From: Paraspadella gotoi
Taxonomy: Eukaryota > Animalia > Chaetognatha
DNA: 64,000 nt
Assembly: GCA_051294375.1 (NCBI GenBank)
Contig: CM119265.1
Span: 14,458,414 to 14,522,413 of the forward strand
Direction: 5' to 3'
Part shown: piece after piece, positions 12,701 through 25,700 of the stretch
Layout: each line of letters opens with the position of its first letter
Position numbering within the stretch: the first letter of the stretch is position 1
The notes under the pieces: generated by a model
Database searches by the model: none
Seen by the model: only the letters and a program-made list of their open reading frames with translations
Told to the model about the DNA's origin: nothing
Program-made: the position numbers and the translations under genes

Positions 12701-15700
12701 ATCGATCCTCCTCCCTCTTGTTTAACGTTCGGACGAAATTGCCGTTTCGTTGATCTTGGTCATAATTTCGTAGTTGTAGTTTGGTGGATCGTTAAGCTTC
12801 GCCTCGGAAGCGTGGCGGGAAGAATTTGGTAATTTGCTCGTGGGTATATGGAAAAGATTGAGATGTATGCTTTCCTATCTACGTTGGTGTATGGTTTGGA
12901 TTTTAATTTAGATAATTTCTTCTTCATTTTTTTGAATTTTGACCGGGTAGATAGCAATAGTTAAACTGTTCCACGATTTTTGACAATTTATTGTTTTGTT
13001 TTTTTGTAGTGGCGGATTTGGACAACTTCGTGGCCCAACTTGTTACCATGTTCTTTCTCATGTGTTACGCTTTCGTCAATCTCGCCTGTGCCGTTCAAAC
13101 CCTCCTGAGGTGAACTGATAAATAGCTTTCTACTGAAAGATTTACGATTTCTTTTTTATCTTTCTGTTTCTCACACAAATCATCCCCCCATGTCCGCCAA
13201 AAAAAGTTAAACTCTCTCGCTTGTTTTATGGTGGAGATAAATGGTAAAACGCTTTAAACCTCGGGTGTTTAGAGCCCGATTTAATGATATTGAGATTAAG
13301 GAAGATTTATTGTACCTTTTAAAATTAGTAAAACGAATATAGAAATTATGTATTTAAACAATGATGATTTTGGACAGTAAGGCAGGCAAATTTTTTTTGT
13401 CATCCTTTAAGACTTAGTCTAAGTTAGACGAATATTTTACATGTCTTTTAAAATCTCTTCTTTATATTGTTCATTTTTCTTCGATCTCAGATCCCCGAGT
13501 TGGCGTCCTCGTTTCCGGTTCTATCACTGGATCCTCTCCCTCTTCGGTTTGCTACTCTGCTTCACAATCATGTTCGTCTCCAACTGGATCTTCGCCATCC
13601 TCGCCATCGTCATGGCCTCTATTATCTACAAATACATTGGTTTGTTCTATGGCTCCATTATCTTATTTAGAAATTTCCGCAGATGTTGCTTAAAACCAAT
13701 GTTTTATTTTTACTAATATGCCTTCCGTGACATTCCACGCCTCCTTTTAATTTACAAAATAACAAACGATCTTTTGAATGCGAATAATACGGCAAGGATT
13801 ATAAATAAATGGAAAAAAAATATGAACAAGTATAAAGTATAACCATGACGGAAAATAAAAAAAATGAAGTAGAACTATGGCATACACGTCTTATGTTGTT
13901 TCTTGTTCGATTCTTTCATTTCCCCATTTTCTGAATTCTATGTCTCTACCTTTCTCCCGCCTTCTGACAGAATACCGCGGGGCTGAAAAGGAATGGGGCG
14001 ATGGGATCCGGGGCTTGGCATTATCCGCTGCTCGTTATTCCCTCTTGCGTCTTGAACAGGGTCCGCCACACACTAAAAACTGGCGCCCTCAGGTGAGCGT
14101 GACTCGAAAAGAAAGGGACGAAAATAATAGGAAGAGGCAGTTCCGGGGTGGGGGGGAGCGGGGTGGAGCGCAGGAGACAAAACGCGAAATTGCAAAAGTG
14201 ATGAATGGTTTTTGTCTTTATTGCAGAATTCGTGACAGCGTGGTTTGTAGCCAAAAAGATTTTAAATCCAAAGCAGAGGCCGAACTGGAGTCTTTTTTAC
14301 TCCTTTTTAGAATTTCCTACATAAAAATTTTCTAAATAAGAGTGTCAATTTTAGGATCTGACCCTTGCAAAGTAAACGTGTGTTTTTTACCTCACCCTTT
14401 CCCCGCAGCTTTTGGCGTTTTGTAAATTAAACAAAGAGTTGAAGCCTAAGTCTCTGAACGTTATTTCGTTTTGCAACCAACTGAAGGCCGGTAAGACTTG
14501 ATCGGTTTCGGGTTACTCTAGAGAATATGTCCAATAAGTTAATCACCAGCGGTCTACTTTCTTTCCTTTCAGGCAAAGGTCTCATTGTCGTTGCCTCTGT
14601 TTTGGAAGGGAAACACGTAGCGCGTTACGCCGAAGCCCAGGCGGCGAAACAAGAACTGTTAAAAGTAAGGAGATCTTGTTTATGTATATCTGTTGTGACA
14701 GAAACGAAATATTATTATTAAATGGGATTCCTTTTTTTAAAAGTTTTAGGTCATTGACTCAACATTGGTTATCTGAACAAGATGATTGGTTTGGTCTTTG
14801 TTTTTCACCCCCATCCCTCTTCTATTTTAAATTAAATTTTCAATTACAATCTCCCCCGTCGTAATCCTGTAATCTCCTTTTTAACTTTCTCTTAACCTTT
14901 TCTCCTCTCTTCGTCGCTCCCCTTTTATCATTCTCTCTTCCTTTATCTTCCTTCACATTTTATCCATCTCCCCCCTCCCCCCCTCTTTTTCTTTCTCGCA
15001 GGCGATGGAGTTAGAAAAACTAAAGGGATTCGCTGAAGTGCTTGTGTCGCAGGATATCTCTGAGGGAATCGGGGCTCTCATTCAAACGTCTGGTCTCGGG
15101 GGCCTCACGCACAACACGGGTGAGTGTAAAAAAAAAGGGATGAAGAGTGAAGAGGAGATTTGGTCATTGACTTTTTTTCGTTTCATGACTAACTCTTAGT
15201 GATTATTGGCTGGCCCTACGGTTGGCGCCAGAGCACCGAGGAGAGGTCTTGGCGGGTTTTTGTAGAAGGGATCAGATCAACCGCCACAGCTCACCACGCG
15301 CTACTCGTTCTTAAGGTAAACTTGATTAGTACAACCATTAACCAAATAAAGTCTACATTGTCTATACATTCTTTTTTTATTTTTTTATCGTCGCAATCGC
15401 TTAGCGTTTGCGACGATATTGTAACGCTTTTGTGCATAAGTGGCGTCGTCGTCGTTGTCGTCGTTCCAAATTATAGATCCCCTTTTTTATGATTAAATTT
15501 GGGTGTATGAAGCTGAAAATTTATATGCAGCTTCTCATCATCGATGTGCTTAAAATTGAGTCTGGACAGTTATTAAATATGTTTGGTTTACGTTTTATCA
15601 AAACAAACAAATTTTCTCTCTTTTATTTTCATATTTCTTTCTCTCTTTCTTTTCTCTTTTAATTAGATGTCTCATTCCCTCTCTCTTTTCCCTCGTCACT

Positions 15701-18700
15701 GATTCCTATGAGCCTGCAGCTGGCTCTGCAGGGGCTTATTCTTTTTCTCTCTTTTCTCCTGCTGCTTCTGCTGCTGCCTTTTGAGTCTGCAGCTGGCTCT
15801 GCAGTGGCTCTTTCTTTTTCTCTCTTTTCTCCTGCTGCTTCTGCCTTTTGCTTTCTTTCTTTTCTCTCTCTCTCTCTCTCTCTCTCTGCGTTTTTATTAA
15901 AAAAAAAATTGAATTAGGATTGAACTCGTAAAATTAAGCATCGCATTCGTGAATGTTATCATTTTGCTAATTTTCAGAAACTGAAACTTTAATTTTCTTC
16001 CGTACTTTATTTTTTTTTTATTGACAATCGCAAAATAAAATTTTTATTTGTTTATAATTTAATTTTCTTTTCTCAAATTTTATTTTTTTTAGTATTAAAA
16101 TTTGTCCTCAATCCAGATTTTTCTTTTGCTATTGCGACGATCCTTATGCTTTTAAGATTTTTTTTTAATGAAAAAGTTAGAAATCACTAAAAAGAGAAAC
16201 AACAAGTCGTTATAAGACTGTTACCAATATGAAATTGTGCGAGTTATTTTGTTTCGACATGAACGGCTTTACAAATATTTTTAAACGATATTTATAAATT
16301 AAAAATTCACTTCATACTTCGTTTAATAATGGTAATTTAGATTCCTGCATAAATTTTTTTTCGCCTTTTTTATCGTCGCAAACGCAAAGCGATCTCGGAA
16401 CGCGTTTGCGCATAAGTGGCNNNNNNNNNNAATTTGTCCTCAATCCTCAATGCTATTGCGACGATCCTTATGCTTTTAAGATTTTTTTTTAATGAAAAAG
16501 TTAGAAATCACTAAAAAGAGAAACAACAAGTCGTTATAAGACTGTTACCAATATGAAATTGTGCGAGTTATTTTGTTTCGACATGAACGGCTTTACAAAT
16601 ATTTTTAAACGATATTTATAAATTAAAAATTCACTTCATACTTCGTTTAATAATGGTAATTTAGATTCCTGCATAAATTTTTTTTCGCCTTTTTTATCGT
16701 CGCAAACGCAAAGCGATCTCGGAACGCGTTTGCGCATAAGTGGCGTAGTCGTCGTCGTCGGCGTTCCAACTTATCGATTGCCTTTTTGATGATTAAATTT
16801 AAGTATATGAAGCTTCGAGGTCCTTGAAATTGGGTGAGGACAGTTATTAAATATGTATTGTTTACGTTTTATAAAAACAAACAAATTTCCTCTATTTTTA
16901 TTTAGTCTCCTCTCTCTCTTTTAATTATATGCGATTTTATTCGAATACAACGAGGTTGATTCAGTACAATCATCATCAACAAACAAACAAACAAAGACAG
17001 ACTAAGTCTAAGCAAAAAACATAAAATAGAGAGAAAAAAAAACAGTTAATTAAATAAAATTAATTAATTAAAATTTAAACAATTAAAAATTGTTCTTATG
17101 TTGTAAGAAATGGAACAAGTTTCTGAAGAACAGTATTTTTCATTGTATATATCTTTGAGATAAAGGTTTTCTTACGATTATTAAAAATTGTAGATAGGTC
17201 GTGGTATCCAAACATACTCTCACACTTTCCCATCGATTATATCCATAAATCTTTCGTACACCATCATTTACAGCAACATTAAGTCTATTCATATTACGTA
17301 CAGAAAAAGTTTTTACTTCACAACCATAAAGGAGAACCGGAACACAGTTAGTATAATACAATTTCATCAATAATTCCTCTGAAGGTTTTAACAAGGCATT
17401 TATCAAACAGTTACTTGATCTAAAAAAAGATACCAATTATATGAAGCTCTCTCTCTTTTCCCCAGTCGCTGATTTCTTGGGCTCTGCAGGGGCTTTCTTT
17501 CTTTTTCTCTCTTTTCTCCTGCTGCTTCTGCTGATTTGACTGATTCGTCTGCTGATTCTCTCTCTCTTTGCGTTTTTATTACCCAAAAAAAAAAAAAAAA
17601 TTGAATTAGGATTGAACTCGTAAAATTAGGCATTGCGTTCGTGCATTTTATCATTTTGCTATCGCAACATCGGGTTTTTATTTCGTTCTTTCTTCTCATC
17701 ACTCTATTTATTTTTTTTTTCTTTCTTTTCTATTCTTTCTTTCATTTCTATTCTATTTTTCCTTTCTATTCTTTCTTTATATTTATTCTTTTTTTTTCTG
17801 TTTATAAATTTTTTTTCTTCTCAAATTTGATGTTTTTAAATCTCAAAATTTGTCAATCTAGATTTTTCTTATGCGATTGCGACGATCCTTATGCTTTTAA
17901 GATTTTTTAAAAATAGTTAGTACGAGCATTTCTAAACATTTCTCCTCTAGTTTATTTACAAAGGAATATTCGTTCTCCAACTTAGTTTTTTACTTTTCTT
18001 GTTAGGGTCTCGATTTCCCAACTAGCAAAGAACGACTTCGCGGCTATATCGACGTCTGGTGGATCGTGCACGACGGCGGAATGCTCATGCTTCTTCCCTT
18101 CCTGCTTAGGTCTAATGGAAGAGTTGCGGATAATTTTTTTAGTAAGGCCTTACTTTTTAATTGAATTTCCTATAGGCAACACAAAACCTGGCAAAAATGT
18201 AAGATGCGCATTTTCACTGTGGCTCAGATCGAAGATAATTCGGTACAAATCAAAAAGGACCTCGAGACTTTCCTCTATCATCTGAGGATCGACGCCGAGG
18301 TAAGTAACTAAGCATTTTTTTAGTTTGGTCTTTTCGTAAGGTCCAACTACCTAAATTTATGAGTCAAATTGTGATTTCATCGAAGGTCTTAGTGGTTGAA
18401 ATGCCGGATGCAGCCATTAGTGCTTATACGTACGAACGTACTCTTCTCATGGAACAAAGAAATCAAATTTTGAAAGATCTGAAATTGAGCAACAAAGATC
18501 TGCAAGCTCAGGTAAAACTCAGTTCCTGTCGGGACTGAATGTTTTATCGACCCACGGTTTGTCCAAAACTTATTTTTATTTATGCATGTATCCGGAAATG
18601 TTTCTCCTTAAGATTTCTTTGACATCACCAAATTTTATTCACGCTTTCCGCTTTTTCAATCCCATATTTTTTTGGTCATCATATCTTATTTAAATCACAC

Positions 18701-21700
18701 CTGATCGATTATCTGACCACTCCTATCCCATTTCCTTTTTCATCATCGGCGGATCCCTCCGCTTCTTTCCTGCACTTTTCACACGTAAATCTTTTATTTT
18801 CGAATCGCGCTTCTCAGTTTCCTCGACTTTCGCAAGTGGAAAACGTCACGGAGGTATTTCGCGTTCACTGGCTTTGCTATCGCTATTTGTTGCTCTTTTC
18901 GCTCTGGTCCTACCTTTTGCCGCTAATTTTCTTTTCTAAAAGAATTTTACGTCGATTCTCTTTTCCATACTGCTGTATGATTTCAATTGAAATAACTCAT
19001 TTCGTATCGAAATACATTAGTCTTCATATTAAAAAATGATCTCCCCGTTTTTCTGACCGAGAATCACTGACCAAATCACTGAACCAAATTCTATATGATT
19101 TTTCATACAGCCTCCCTATGGCCATACTAATGGGACTATCGAGGCGATTTTCAATATTTTACCCCTGAGCTAAGATACAGGGCCGTTGCGGGTCACCCCA
19201 CGGGAGCAAAAAATGACCAAAAATTCCTTCTTTTAAGATATTTTTTTGTGTGATCAATTGCATTTATGTCTCAACTTTGTAGAAAAACCATTTTAAAATT
19301 AATTTTCATAATTTCAATTTATTTTTCTTCTTTTAATCTTGCTTAGTCCTTTTTAGATCTAAATTTTGCTCTCCACTCCGTTTATGATCCTGGAAAAAGA
19401 GCGAAAATTGTTTTTTTGTCATAATAAATGTACTTTTCTGAACAAGTTTCTGCAACTGAGCAGGATAAAAAAATTGAAGAATTTTTAATATTTTTTGCCG
19501 GTCTTGGCTGACCAGTGAGGGGGCCCATAGATCAAAAATTTCAAAAATTCCCTCAATAGTCCCATTTCTGTTGCGCTAAAATTAATTCATGGAAAATCTC
19601 ATCGAAGTCGGCCTAGTAGTTTGATCGGAATCGATTATCGGTTCGAAAAAAACGGGAGAGCATTTTCTAATATGAAGCCTTCTCACCATTCCAAAAACTT
19701 TAAAGCTGAAATAATTACCCCACTTTACGTTTTATATTGCATTCTCCAGTTTGTTTGCTAAAACTTTTTATTTCATTAAGTATAAATCTAACATTTAGCG
19801 TGTATTTTTTTAACTTTTTTGAAAATGTTATAAGCATCTATTTTATCCCTTTAAAATTAAGTGAACGAAGAATCTGAAAATAAATAAAACTAATGCTTTG
19901 GATAAATCGGCGAAATGTTTTATTTGAAAGAAGTCATACTTTCTCGTTCTCTCCACTTTCGCGATATTTTCCGTCACTCCCTATTGTTTCTACTGAATTG
20001 TCTCTTGTTTTTCTAGCTAACTTCTCGAATTTATTTTTCCCAACTCTTGATTCGCTAGTGATTGTCTCGAGTCTCAGTGTATTCTTTCACTCTTCTTTTA
20101 TTTCAATCCATAGCCCGTAAATCAAATGTTACTGAATGTGTTTATCATATTCGTCGATTGCTTTCATCCCCTTTTAAAAAATTTAAAACTGCTTTTTAAC
20201 CACGCTAGTACTGTTAATAAGCCTGGACAACGATATTAGAATAAGTACGCTTTCATGCGAAACTAAACTAGTAGACTAATAATTTCAATCTCTTTTAATT
20301 CAGCCTCAATGCATCCTGGATCACTCGCACCCAGTTTTCAGTTCGCCTTCCAAAGTTCGAGTTCTTCTGCATACAGTCAAGGAGGAAGAGAGTCCATCGC
20401 AAAGTGGCACGGGATCTGCAGCCTCCGGCACTCCCGCGAAAACACCCGCCACCAATCCTAATGGTATCTGGATACACCTTTTTCATTCTAATCTGTAACG
20501 AAGAATACGAAAGTTTTAATACTAATTCTAAAGCGACCTCTAAATTTGTGATCAAGTTAGTCTGCCTGTTTTCAACCTTACCTCTCAACCTCGTTCTTTT
20601 TCGTCACTCTGATTAAAAAGGCTTTTTGGATTTAATTCGGGCTAAAAGTAAAACAAAAGTACCTTCAATAATGTCTCTCCAGACTTAGCACTTGCTAAAA
20701 ATTAAACTCGAAAATAAGTTATTTTACTGTTTTTTATTTATTATTCTTTATTTTATTTATTTTTTTAAAATTTTTTTTAATTTTCTTTATTTTTTTTAAA
20801 TTTGATTTTTTTAGTATCAAAATTTGTCGTCAATCCAGATTTTTCTTATGCTATTGCGACGATCCTTATGCTTTTAAGATTTTTACATTTTTTTTACTCC
20901 ATTCTATAGCAAAGTAACTGGACTTTTATATTTTAATTTCATAAGATTAATATGTTATTTACTTTTGTAAAACAACCTTTCTTTAATGGTCATCCGATTT
21001 CCTTTTTAGTAATTTATGAGTAATTAATTTATAATAATTTTCTTTTTTTTAAATATTCAAATTCATTTACACCATTAAAATAAGAATTATCTGTGAATCC
21101 TTACGATATAAAATAATTATTCAAGACAGTCAAGAATATGCTCAGGACAGCATTTTTTCTAATTTGAAGAATTGTATAAAGAAAACTTAAGATTTACGAA
21201 TAAAAAAAAATCATTACTCAGAAATTACTCAACATTACAATAATTTCAACATAACGCATTGATTAGACCATTAGTAGGGATTTTTATAATGTAAATTTTT
21301 TTAAAAATTCAATCAAGAATTACGCCTAAAATGATCTTTTTTCGCCAATTTTGCTGTGTTCGATAAAAAATTAAACAAAGAATAGTAAATGAATTTTATA
21401 CAAAATAAAACTTGTACATAAAAAAGTCAAGTAGTTCTTTAACTAATAATATACTCGCGAACGGACACGGGGTATTTGTATTAGAAAACAATTCTTGAAA
21501 TAATATTTTTTTCGGACTAGAGCTCAAAAGCTATTTAAAAGCAAGATTTGAAAAAAACCGGATCGGCCCCTTAACAGGCGAAACTGTCCAAAACGATGAA
21601 ATGGTCATAGCTCCTCCTGATTCAGCGTCTTCGCAAAAAACTGGCGCCGAGTTATCTGTTGAGTCGACCGCACCGAAAACCGAAGGTCTATCGGCTCCAA

Positions 21701-22787
21701 TAGAAGTCAATCAGTTTACTTTTACCCCCGTTCATCAACCAAAGTCTGGTAAGTAAAGACTGTAAAAAGAATGAAAGAAAACCCCATTAACCAAAACTAA
21801 CGATGTCATCATATAGGACCGGTTTTGGACAACTCCAATCCGTCGCCCTATAAGGATGGAATCGACCCTTTGAGCGAGAGACTTAAAGCGATTACACCCA
21901 ACACCACCAATATTCGGAGAATGCATGACGCAGTGCGCTTAAACGAGGTGAGAACGCTTGGTAGAATCATAGTGCAGTTCGTTTCGAAAAATATAATTGA
22001 ATTACATATTCTTTAATCCATTACGTTTTTTCTCTCTTCAGAATTTCATAAAATTTAATATTTTTTTTATTTGTATATTTTTTTGGAGCATTTTTAAAGA
22101 ATTTCGACTCATCTTGCTTATTAAATTTTTTTTCTGAATATTACTATTGTATTTTAAATACTATTGTATAATTTTCCATCTTTTTTTTTCATACTTGATT
22201 CGATCAGTTGCGGTTAATTTTGAAATTTCAAACGTATACTGTTTGAAAGCTGATTGGAACCTTTATTGCCTCAACGAGTGTCGACCCATTTGGCTCCAAC
22301 GCTTGCCGGCTAAAAACTCGCCGTTTGAGTTAATCGAATTCCGCCCGTTTTTCTTCCCCGAGGTCGAGGTCGCGCGACCTCGCCAGCCGAGAAACAGATA
22401 GCAGCGAGGGCTCTTGGGAGGTGGGGTGGAGCTCGGGAGGATTAGCGGGGACGTCCCGTGGGGAGGGATTTGTCTTTGACGCTTCCGTTTGAAAAAAAAA
22501 AATTTAGATCTGCCTTTTCTCCGACTTAATTCATCACTATGTATATGAATGGTTCTACGCTTTTGCGCACCTCGGGAACAGAACTTTTACTCTGTACTTC
22601 TGTTTTCTAGGTGGTGGTTGCCAAGTCTCACGACGCTCAGCTCGTAATACTGAACATGCCAGGCCCGCCGAAGAACAAAGCCGGCGAGGAGAACTACATG
22701 GAGTTTTTAGAAGTGCTTACGGAAGGACTGGAGCGAGTGCTTCTTGTCAGAGGGGGCGGGAGGGAAGTCATCACCATTTATTCATAA
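3755..22787 (+). CDS. kcc: K-Cl cotransporter (SLC12A4-7/KCC family), more than 25 exons
   Basis: N-terminus MSSRFVITK (RFxI motif). Also [13 protein letters not shown]|[121 protein letters not shown], and C-terminus [12 protein letters not shown] (TAA 22785-22787). Confidence 0.96.
3962..4587 (+). mobile_element. Helentron-associated (HINE/DINE-1-like) non-autonomous element, family A
   Basis: T-run, sub-terminal IR atcgtcgcaatcgc, adjacent internal inverted copy gcgtttgcgacgat, (GTC)n microsatellite, central CT-rich 18-bp tandem repeat, 3' gcgattgcgacgat plus small ctta..taag hairpin and T-run. The same sequence recurs at 15.4, 16.7 and 20.8 kb. Confidence 0.7.
7558..8571. repeat. Local ~215-bp direct duplication (7558-7894 and 8358-8571) in a KCC intron
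   Basis: Near-identical tctaacaaacttataagaatgaaaag...cgctttaatctatt occurs twice; the first copy carries an extra ~120-bp insertion. Confidence 0.9.
7617..7750 (-). mobile_element. Short Penelope-type fold-back insertion with 12-bp target-site duplication
   Basis: TSD taaactattctt at 7617-7628 and 7739-7750. Inverted arms of 29 bp (7662-7690, 7711-7739) plus an unpaired tail similar to the tail of the 27.4-kb element. The empty site is visible in the 8358-8571 duplicate. Confidence 0.6.
15380..16166 (+). mobile_element. HINE/DINE-1-like element, family A copy
   Basis: Same termini and internal blocks as 3962-4587. Confidence 0.7.
16690..17908 (+). mobile_element. HINE/DINE-1-like element, family A copy, interrupted by a non-LTR fragment
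   Basis: Family-A 5' and 3' ends with foreign sequence at 16932-17434. Confidence 0.7.
16932..17434 (-). mobile_element. 5'-truncated non-LTR retrotransposon (RTE/RTE-X-like ORF2 C-terminus plus 3' UTR)
   Basis: Minus [19 protein letters not shown]...[22 protein letters not shown] resembles the post-RT region of RTE-type LINEs. AATAAA lies near the 3' end, and there is a 9-bp TSD aattatatg (16923-16931, 17435-17443). Confidence 0.7.
19022..19683. mobile_element. MITE with terminal and sub-terminal inverted repeats (same family as 48570-49194)
   Basis: TIR cttcatattaaaaaatgatctcccc.. / ..gggagagcattttctaatatgaagcc. Shares an internal block atcgaggcga(a)tttt..atatt..acccc with the 48.6-kb element; a terminal fragment also sits at ~59820-59880. 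Confidence 0.65.
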
Positions 22788-25700
22788 AGTCGATTTTGGG
22801 GAAAATCGAAAAATGGAACCATTGTCACCCCTCCCCCCAAAAAAAAGATAAGGAAACGGTTATACTTACCCATTCTTCAAGTCATTTTTTATGTAGAAGT
22901 TATTAGCAGGATAATAGTTTATTTATTTCAGGCAGTTTACATTCCATTCCAATGTGACTTTTTCGGTATTTTTTTCACGCTCGGCCCAGCTTTCACAAGT
23001 CTGCGCTCTTCGTACCTGCTTTGGAGCGTCCTCTCTTTAAAAAAATTGAGAAGCATCACTCGGCCGAAGAAGTATTAATATTAAAGAGTTTCAATTTTTG
23101 TTTTGCTGTTGCAAATGTTCGTTTAGCGGCGCGTTTCATTGATAAAAACATAACAGACCTGTGCAAAAAAAAAAAGAGGACACACAAAAACATTATGAAA
23201 ATAAATCAAGTTAGATTCCTTGAAAATTAAAGATATTATAAGTGAATAATAATCATAGAAAACGGAACTATTGGTGTAAATTTGGTTAATATGTAGCTAT
23301 CCGTTTCTAAGCAGTGATTTTTTAAAAGTAATTACTCAAACAGAATGTAAGAGCAGAAGAAAATTTATGTATTTTTAAGGTGCTGTAGCTATGGAATGAC
23401 TGGACCGATTTTCTTTTAAGTTACGCATGGATTCCTTTTTCAAAACTTCTTATTTCCCATTTTAAAAAATATTATGATAAGTGCACGGAAGCATTTAAAA
23501 ATTATTTTATTTTAATAAATTCTGATAAAAGTTTGATAAACTTTTTAATTTTTTTTTTGTTTTATTGATGAAAATTTTAAAAACTATAAAATTCAATAAT
23601 GATGATGATAATTTTTTAAGGTTTTTAATGGTCAAAATTTTTTAAAAATTATCATTTATTATATATTAAGAAATATTTAAAAGCTTCAGCTTTAACCCAA
23701 TGAACTATTTTAAAAAGTTGCCTTGAAAATCGATTTAATAGTAGAAGTAAAAAAGAAATTTTTTTGGGAGAACTAGATGTTATAAAAAGTGTTCAATTTT
23801 GGCCCGCCTTAATAAATACAATGCCCATAAATTAAGGCTAAAAAGTATCCCCTGTTTTGGGCATATCTTCAAAAATGGTTTTTTTCCGTCATTTCGTTTT
23901 TGACCATTTGTCTTTTGGGAGCTATATTCCATATAGTCCTTGAAAGCTTTAACCAATTTTTTTAACTTACACATATGGATTTTCCATTTCAAAATCTACA
24001 TTTATCATTCATAAATTTTTATAATATTTCGGTAAGTTAAGTTTGAAGAGTATCCTCTTTTTTTTTTTGCACACATCTGTAAAAACAGTTAACGGTTAAT
24101 GATTTTTTTCTATTTAGAAATTTTTTTTGGCTCACAACGCGATTTTGTTTCTCATCAGACAGCAAGTTTCTTGTCTCGTGTTCTGGTAAAATTTCAATTT
24201 TTTTTCTTGTTTCAAGGTTATTTTTTAGTCAATAATTTTTGAAAATAGTTGAAAAAATATTTATTTTGTAGTTTATTCATAATGGTTTTTTTTTAAACGG
24301 TTTTGGTCGGTTTTTGTTTTTTGTTTTTTAATTTTTTATATGATTTATCGAATGGAATTACCATAGAAAAAAAAATTCAGCGAAAGTTGTGTTTTCATTT
24401 ATATTGAAAAATGAGAATGTTACTTTTCAAGTGCCAGTCATTACAAGTTTATATTGAGAATTGTTTGTGAACTTCTTGAGCTGGGCTGTATTAGTAACTT
24501 AACAATGGAAGGGTATAAGAAATGGCAGCCGCATAGTTGCCATCGCAAGTCTTCCGCTTTTGAGCATTTGTTATAATATAACACGCTCAAATACTCACTT
24601 TGCTCAGTCAATTCCCATATCCACCAAGTATTAGATTTTAGAAATAAGTTCTATATACCAACACATTATGTATCTCGTACACCATTATAATATATCGACC
24701 TGACTTCGTTTAGAAACGAAATTGTATGTAAAACAATTATTAATAAAAAGGGGTATCAGGTATTTTGAAATTTTTGTATTTTTTATATATATATGTGGTA
24801 AGTTTTTTTCTAATCTGATCTTATTCATACGCTAAGTTTAAATTAAATTTTATAATATTTGGTGTGAGAAAAATATTATGCCTTTCTCTTTCTCTCTTAT
24901 TTCCCCCTTTTTCTCTCTACTGTTAAGCAAAAATCGCGTTGTTTTTTCCGTTCTGTTTCTTCGAAACATTTTCCTATAGTTCTTTCGTGGTCGTGTGCTA
25001 AGGTGTTGATTAAATTCATTTTTATCCCTGTTTGTTCCAATGTTACGCAGCTTTTGAAAGGAATTTAATTGCTTCCTTTGATACATGTTGACGTTTTCAA
25101 GCATTAAACATTCATTTTGAGTCTTTGAAAAAGTGTCAGTGTAACCATCGTGACGTATATATCTTAAGATTTGATCATCTTTCTCGAACCTCGTCATTAT
25201 CATCCACGTTATCACCGACAAAAATTTTGGGCAGGGTGCTAAAAACAAATCAAGATTTTTTACACAACTTCTATTTTCTAAGATGAAAGCTTCTCAAAAA
25301 TATTTAATATTGTTAAAACCAAAGTTATATCAAATTTTGTTGAAAATTTTTTAGTCCTTGCTTTCTCCTTCGCATACTTCCACCATAACGTCTCTAAATC
25401 CTATAAACATGCTGTAAATCGTCAGTGTCATTGTTTCATCCTTTGTACTTAGTTGTAGATAAATCCATTTTACAATTAGGTTATACTATATGTAGGACCA
25501 AGTCTCAACTTTACGATTTATAGCACAGTTTGCACAAAGGACATCTAAAATAGTCACGTTACTTTGTAGCAAAACTAGAGAACCGTTAACGATAGAGAAG
25601 CATACGTATATGAATCAAAGTTATTCGCCAACCATCTGCTCTGTTATTATCATTCGTGATATACAAGTAGTTCTTGTATTGTTAACATTTTATCTTTTTG

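Noticed and set aside
16118-16743. ~300-bp tandem duplication around the N-gap at 16421-16430
   Set aside because: Near-identical sequence on both sides of a gap is the signature of unmerged contig overlap.
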